A stretch of 64,000 nucleotides of DNA from Arcobacteraceae bacterium (lineage in GTDB: Bacteria > Campylobacterota > Campylobacteria > Campylobacterales > Arcobacteraceae), in contig CBDCZH010000016.1 of NCBI GenBank assembly GCA_965224485.1, positions 244,616 through 308,615 of the forward strand. The letters are read 5' to 3'. Under the pieces are notes generated by a model, which was not told the origin of the DNA, searched no databases, and worked only from the letters and a program-made list of their open reading frames with translations. The translations under genes and the position numbers were made by a program. This document shows positions 60,513-64,000 of the stretch, one piece after another (within the stretch, counting starts at the first letter, position 1; every line of letters starts with the position of its first letter).

Positions 60513-60953
60513 ATGGAACTAGCTTATAATCTCAGCGTAATCTTACATCTATTATGTGCAATAGCCTTTATTGGTTTTGTTTTCTCAGACGTAGTTATAC
60601 TTCCTGTTATGGCAAAAGTAGTAAAAGGTGAAGACTTACAAAAAATTAAACAAACTATCTCAAATAGAGCAAGAAAAATTTTTCCTCTATCTTTACTTTT
60701 ATTAGTATTATCTGGTGGTTTTATGTTTTCACGATATATAAACTCAAATGATGGTTTTTTTGAAAATACTATGCAAGAATTGTTGTGGTTAAAATTTTCT
60801 TTAGCTATGTTAATCGTAGCAGGAGTAGTATATTCACTTGGCTGTAAAGTTTTAAAAAAACAACCAGCAGCTATAATGGCACACTTTCATAAGTTTGTAT
60901 TAGTTGTAGGAGTGTTAATAATAATTTTAGCAAAAGTGATGTTTTTCGTATAA
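60513..60953 (+). CDS. 4-TM membrane protein, CopD-like family
   Basis: LHLLCAIAFIG, LLVLSG, LWLKF, conserved-looking His in TM1 and TM4. Confidence 0.7.
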   Translation: MELAYNLSVILHLLCAIAFIGFVFSDVVILPVMAKVVKGEDLQKIKQTISNRARKIFPLSLLLLVLSGGFMFSRYINSNDGFFENTMQELLWLKFSLAMLIVAGVVYSLGCKVLKKQPAAIMAHFHKFVLVVGVLIIILAKVMFFV

Positions 60954-61017
60954 AACATCACTCTTTTAGTTTAAGTATAAAAGTTCTATCAAATAAAATA
61001 TTTGTTAAAATTCTTTT

Positions 61018-61872
61018 ATGAAAAATATACTTAAACTTTTAAATGATTTTAATGAACTAGTAATGTTCAAACACTCAATTTTCTCCCTACCTTTTATCTT
61101 TATAGCAATGATAGTAGCAGCACAAGGTTGGTTTGGTTGGACTCTTTTACTTTTGGGTACTTTAGCAGCGCTTAGTGCTAGAAACTTTGCTATGGGATTT
61201 AATAGATACTTAGATAGAGATATAGATGCTCTAAATCCAAGAACAAAAAATAGACCAAATGTAGATGGAAGAATATCTCCTTCCTCTATGCTTACTTTTA
61301 CTCTCTTAAACGCTCTTGCTTTTATTTTTATAGCAGCGTTTGTAAATCAATTAGCATTAAATATGTCTATTCCTATTTTATTAATAATTGCCTCATATTC
61401 ATACTTTAAACGATTCTCTTATTTAGCTCATCTTATTTTAGGGCTATCACTTGCACTTGCTCCAATTGCAGGAGTTGTTGCTGTTAGTGAAACTATATAT
61501 ATGTGGACAATCTTTTTAAGCCTTGGAGTTATGTTTTGGGTTGCTGGATTTGATCTTTTATATTCTTTACAAGATATAGAAATAGATAAGAAACTAGGAC
61601 TTCACTCAATTCCAAGTAAATTTGGTGCAAAACAAACTATGACCTTGTCTCAACTTTTTCACTTGTTAACAGTTCTGTTTTGGACTTTCTTTGTAATCTC
61701 AGCACAAGGAGGTTTCTTTGCTTACCTTGCTGTTGTTTGTGCAGCTATCATGCTTTGTTATGAACACTATTTAGTAAATAAAGATTTTACAAAAATAGAT
61801 AAGGCTTTTTTTACAGTAAATGGTTACTTAGGAATAGTTTTTTTCATTTTGATTGTAATTGATAATTTTTAA
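61018..61872 (+). CDS. mqnP: UbiA-family prenyltransferase of the futalosine menaquinone pathway
   Basis: HSIFSLPF, NRYLDRDIDALNPRTKNRP, FDLLYSLQD. Confidence 0.88.
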   Translation: MKNILKLLNDFNELVMFKHSIFSLPFIFIAMIVAAQGWFGWTLLLLGTLAALSARNFAMGFNRYLDRDIDALNPRTKNRPNVDGRISPSSMLTFTLLNALAFIFIAAFVNQLALNMSIPILLIIASYSYFKRFSYLAHLILGLSLALAPIAGVVAVSETIYMWTIFLSLGVMFWVAGFDLLYSLQDIEIDKKLGLHSIPSKFGAKQTMTLSQLFHLLTVLFWTFFVISAQGGFFAYLAVVCAAIMLCYEHYLVNKDFTKIDKAFFTVNGYLGIVFFILIVIDNF

Positions 61873-61960
61873 TTATTTTTCACAAGTTGATAATAATTAT
61901 TAATAGCTATTAATTATTATTTAGTTACAATTAATAGTTTTATTATTATGGAGACTAATT

Positions 61961-62758
61961 GTGGGAAATAGACTAAAAGAAGTTACATATTTAACAAGAA
62001 AAGATTTGAAAAAAGAAGAAATAATCCTTCCGAGTACATATTCATATGCTTTTAGTGCTAATGCGAAAGAATTAGAAGTAGACTTTGATGACAAAGATGC
62101 GGTTTTAAAAGATTTAAATCAAGACATAAATTCAGTACATAACATAGTTGATAATACTATTAAAAACTTAGATACTTTGCGCGATTCTACTGCTAAGGCT
62201 CAAAAAGCCATTCTAGAAAAAGATGAAATATCTTTAGCTGAAGTTAATATAGATATAACAAAAATGAAAAATGAAATTGATTTTTTGAAACAAGAACTTT
62301 TTTCTGATTCTTTGACAAAAGCATATAATAGAAGATGGTTTAGTGATGTTTTTTTAAAAAACGATAAATTTAAAGAAAATGGTTATTTGGTTTTTATTGA
62401 TATTGATAAATTTAAAAATATAAATGACAATTATGGTCATCTATTAGGCGATAAAGTTTTAAAATATTTAGTTTTATTTTTAAAAAAAGAGCTAGATTAT
62501 CCTTTTGTAAATGTTATTCGTTATGCTGGTGATGAATTTATGGTAGTTTTTCCAGAATCACTATCTTTAGAAATAGATATTGCAAAACTTATGTTATTGG
62601 CACAAAGTAAACTAGCATCTAAAAAATTAAAATCTGGAAAAGTTTCGAAATTACATTTTTCCTTCTCTTTTGGACTTGTTGAATTTAAAGTAAATGATGA
62701 TTTAGCTGAGGTAATTGAAAAAGCAGATGAAAAAATGTACGAAAATAAAAAAAGATAG
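61961..62758 (+). CDS. Cytoplasmic GGDEF-domain protein (AGDEF variant)
   Basis: Coiled coil, DSLTKAYNRR, DIDKFKNINDNYGH, RYAGDEF, ADEKMY. Confidence 0.92.
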   Translation: MGNRLKEVTYLTRKDLKKEEIILPSTYSYAFSANAKELEVDFDDKDAVLKDLNQDINSVHNIVDNTIKNLDTLRDSTAKAQKAILEKDEISLAEVNIDITKMKNEIDFLKQELFSDSLTKAYNRRWFSDVFLKNDKFKENGYLVFIDIDKFKNINDNYGHLLGDKVLKYLVLFLKKELDYPFVNVIRYAGDEFMVVFPESLSLEIDIAKLMLLAQSKLASKKLKSGKVSKLHFSFSFGLVEFKVNDDLAEVIEKADEKMYENKKR

Positions 62759-62876
62759 GCTACATATAGGGTAAATGCTTACTTATTTACAGTTTTCCCC
62801 CTATTATGCCTGCTAAATAATATATTCTAAATAAACTTTTAGAATATATTAGCTATAATCTTTTTTCAATTTAAAT

Positions 62877-62953
62877 GCGTCTGTGGCTCAACTGGATAGA
62901 GCACTGGGTTTCGGCCCCGGCGGTTACAGGTTCGACTCCTGTCAGGCGTACCA
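62877..62953 (+). tRNA. tRNA-Arg (anticodon TCG)
   Basis: Cloverleaf: acceptor GCGTCTG/CAGGCGT, anticodon arm CTGGG-TTTCGGC-CCCGG, T-loop TTCGACT, encoded CCA. Confidence 0.97.
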
Positions 62954-62956
62954 TCT

Positions 62957-63005
62957 AAAAGCCCGATCTAATTGCTGTTTGCAGTGTTTAGGTCGGGCTT
63001 TTTTT
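62957..63005 (+). terminator. Hairpin/terminator after the tRNA
   Basis: AAAAGCCCGATCTAA...TTAGGTCGGGCTTTT plus T tract. Confidence 0.8.
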
Positions 63006-63051
63006 ATGTCTTATTAAAATTGATTCACACCTATTTCACACTAGAGATAAA

Positions 63052-63381
63052 TTAATCTACTAGTTTATCAATTTCTTTAATAGCTGCTTCTTTATTAAAT
63101 TTTTGATTCATTATGTCGTTTTTTCTCTTATTCAGTATTTTAATTTTCTTTTCAAGAACTAATTTTTCTTTTTCTTTCAATTCATTTATTTCTTTTGTTT
63201 GATAATATTGAAAGCCAAGATAAAAAAATAGGATAGTACTGATGACTAGTAGTATTTTTTTATCTATCAATAGGTTGAAAATAAAATTTTGTTCTTTTAT
63301 CTTTGCCTTTTTATTAGAAACAATACTGCTTTTACCTTCTATCTTATTATTAGATTTAAAAAAATTAAAAAATTGTTTCAA
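63052..63381 (-). CDS. Hypothetical single-TM protein with coiled coil
   Basis: ILLVISTILFFYLGF TM segment; abuts the repressor gene. Confidence 0.65.
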   Translation of the reverse strand: MKQFFNFFKSNNKIEGKSSIVSNKKAKIKEQNFIFNLLIDKKILLVISTILFFYLGFQYYQTKEINELKEKEKLVLEKKIKILNKRKNDIMNQKFNKEAAIKEIDKLVD

Positions 63382-63382
63382 T

Positions 63383-63787
63383 TTAATTTCTCATTTCTCT
63401 TTTTAATTCAAAAATAAAATCTTCTATTTTATAAGAAATTTCTTTTTTGTGGTTGATATCTTTAATTCTTGAAAATAAGTTATTTAGTTCAGTTAGTACA
63501 TTTTCTGGAATATCATTTGAAGATGTAACTACTGATTTATTTGTTGAATTGTCAATAATAGAAGAATTGTTATTTACTGTATTTGTAGAATTTGAGAAGT
63601 CCGTATTTGAAAAAATATTATCATAAATTCCTAACTCATAGCATTTCTTTTTAATTGCGCTTACTGAATCTCTTGTTTTCCAATTTGATATAGTTTGTTT
63701 TGTTACACTCATTTCTTTTGCTAAGTCGATGTTATTATCAACATTAAAATATCTATATAGAATATAAATAAGCTCTTCTGCCTTCAT
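63383..63787 (-). CDS. Phage CI-like HTH repressor
   Basis: ATG 63787 (MKAEEL); HTH DLAKEMSVTKQTISNWKTR; no peptidase domain. Confidence 0.75.
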   Translation of the reverse strand: MKAEELIYILYRYFNVDNNIDLAKEMSVTKQTISNWKTRDSVSAIKKKCYELGIYDNIFSNTDFSNSTNTVNNNSSIIDNSTNKSVVTSSNDIPENVLTELNNLFSRIKDINHKKEISYKIEDFIFELKREMRN

Positions 63788-63935
63788 TGAATACCTTTTA
63801 TTGTAATAGTACACAAAATATAATATTATTTAAGTAGTATAAAAGAATACACATAATATAATACAAAGTACACAAATTATTAGAATATAGCACATTATAG
63901 CATAAGTTAATGTGTTAATAAATAAAGGAGAGAAA

Positions 63936-64000
63936 ATGACAATTGAAGAGATTAATACAATTGATCCGATTTATAAAAGATTGATATGTCTAAATCAAAA
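63936..64000 (+). CDS. Start of a divergent ORF (MTIEEINTIDPIYKRLICLNQ...), truncated by window
   Basis: AAGGAG RBS upstream of ATG 63936. Confidence 0.65.
   Translation, partial: MTIEEINTIDPIYKRLICLNQ

Larger units (their letters stand above)
62954..64000. mobile_element. Probable left edge of a prophage or other integrated element at tRNA-Arg
   Basis: Directly after the tRNA 3' end: an unknown gene, a CI-like repressor and a divergent ORF; no integrase in the window. Confidence 0.55.

Noticed and set aside
63891..63909. CACATTA as another copper-regulon promoter
   Set aside because: No TAWACT at the N6 spacing; better explained as part of the local operator array

Overview
Very AT-rich chromosomal window whose gene content and protein sequences fit Campylobacterota, most likely Arcobacteraceae (inference). 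From left to right it holds: (1) a lactate catabolism locus (lutABC, two-component system, TRAP transporter, Dld-II-type FAD/Fe-S dehydrogenase); (2) housekeeping genes (accBC, DEAD-box helicase, PiT, asnB, hemJ, rarA, kdsD, rnj, rsmA, hisF, rlmN, gltX); (3) an anchor-less SdhA/SdhB-like pair; (4) a copper/silver resistance cluster (OmpR-type TCS, crdA-like, tolC, cusB, cusA, yceI, DUF411, SHOCT); (5) hom, rlmB, rsmI, rpmE, miaA, mqnP and a GGDEF gene; (6) tRNA-Arg(UCG) followed by the edge of a probable integrated element. The strongest candidate new system is at the end of the copper cluster: two small exported Met/Lys/Cys-rich proteins with SCGxGKCG and KSCKC repeats. They resemble MNIO-modified HvfA/bufferin metallophore precursors and metallothioneins, but no modifying enzyme is encoded in the window. 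Three promoters in the cluster share CACATTA-N6-TAWACT. Other observations: two parS-like sites, structured 5' leaders (DEAD helicase, rpmE), two unannotated small ORFs, an FNR/Nss-type box and two apparent non-canonical starts. Several conserved genes carry single-base indels, most likely consensus sequencing errors, so any single-base claim needs read-level confirmation.
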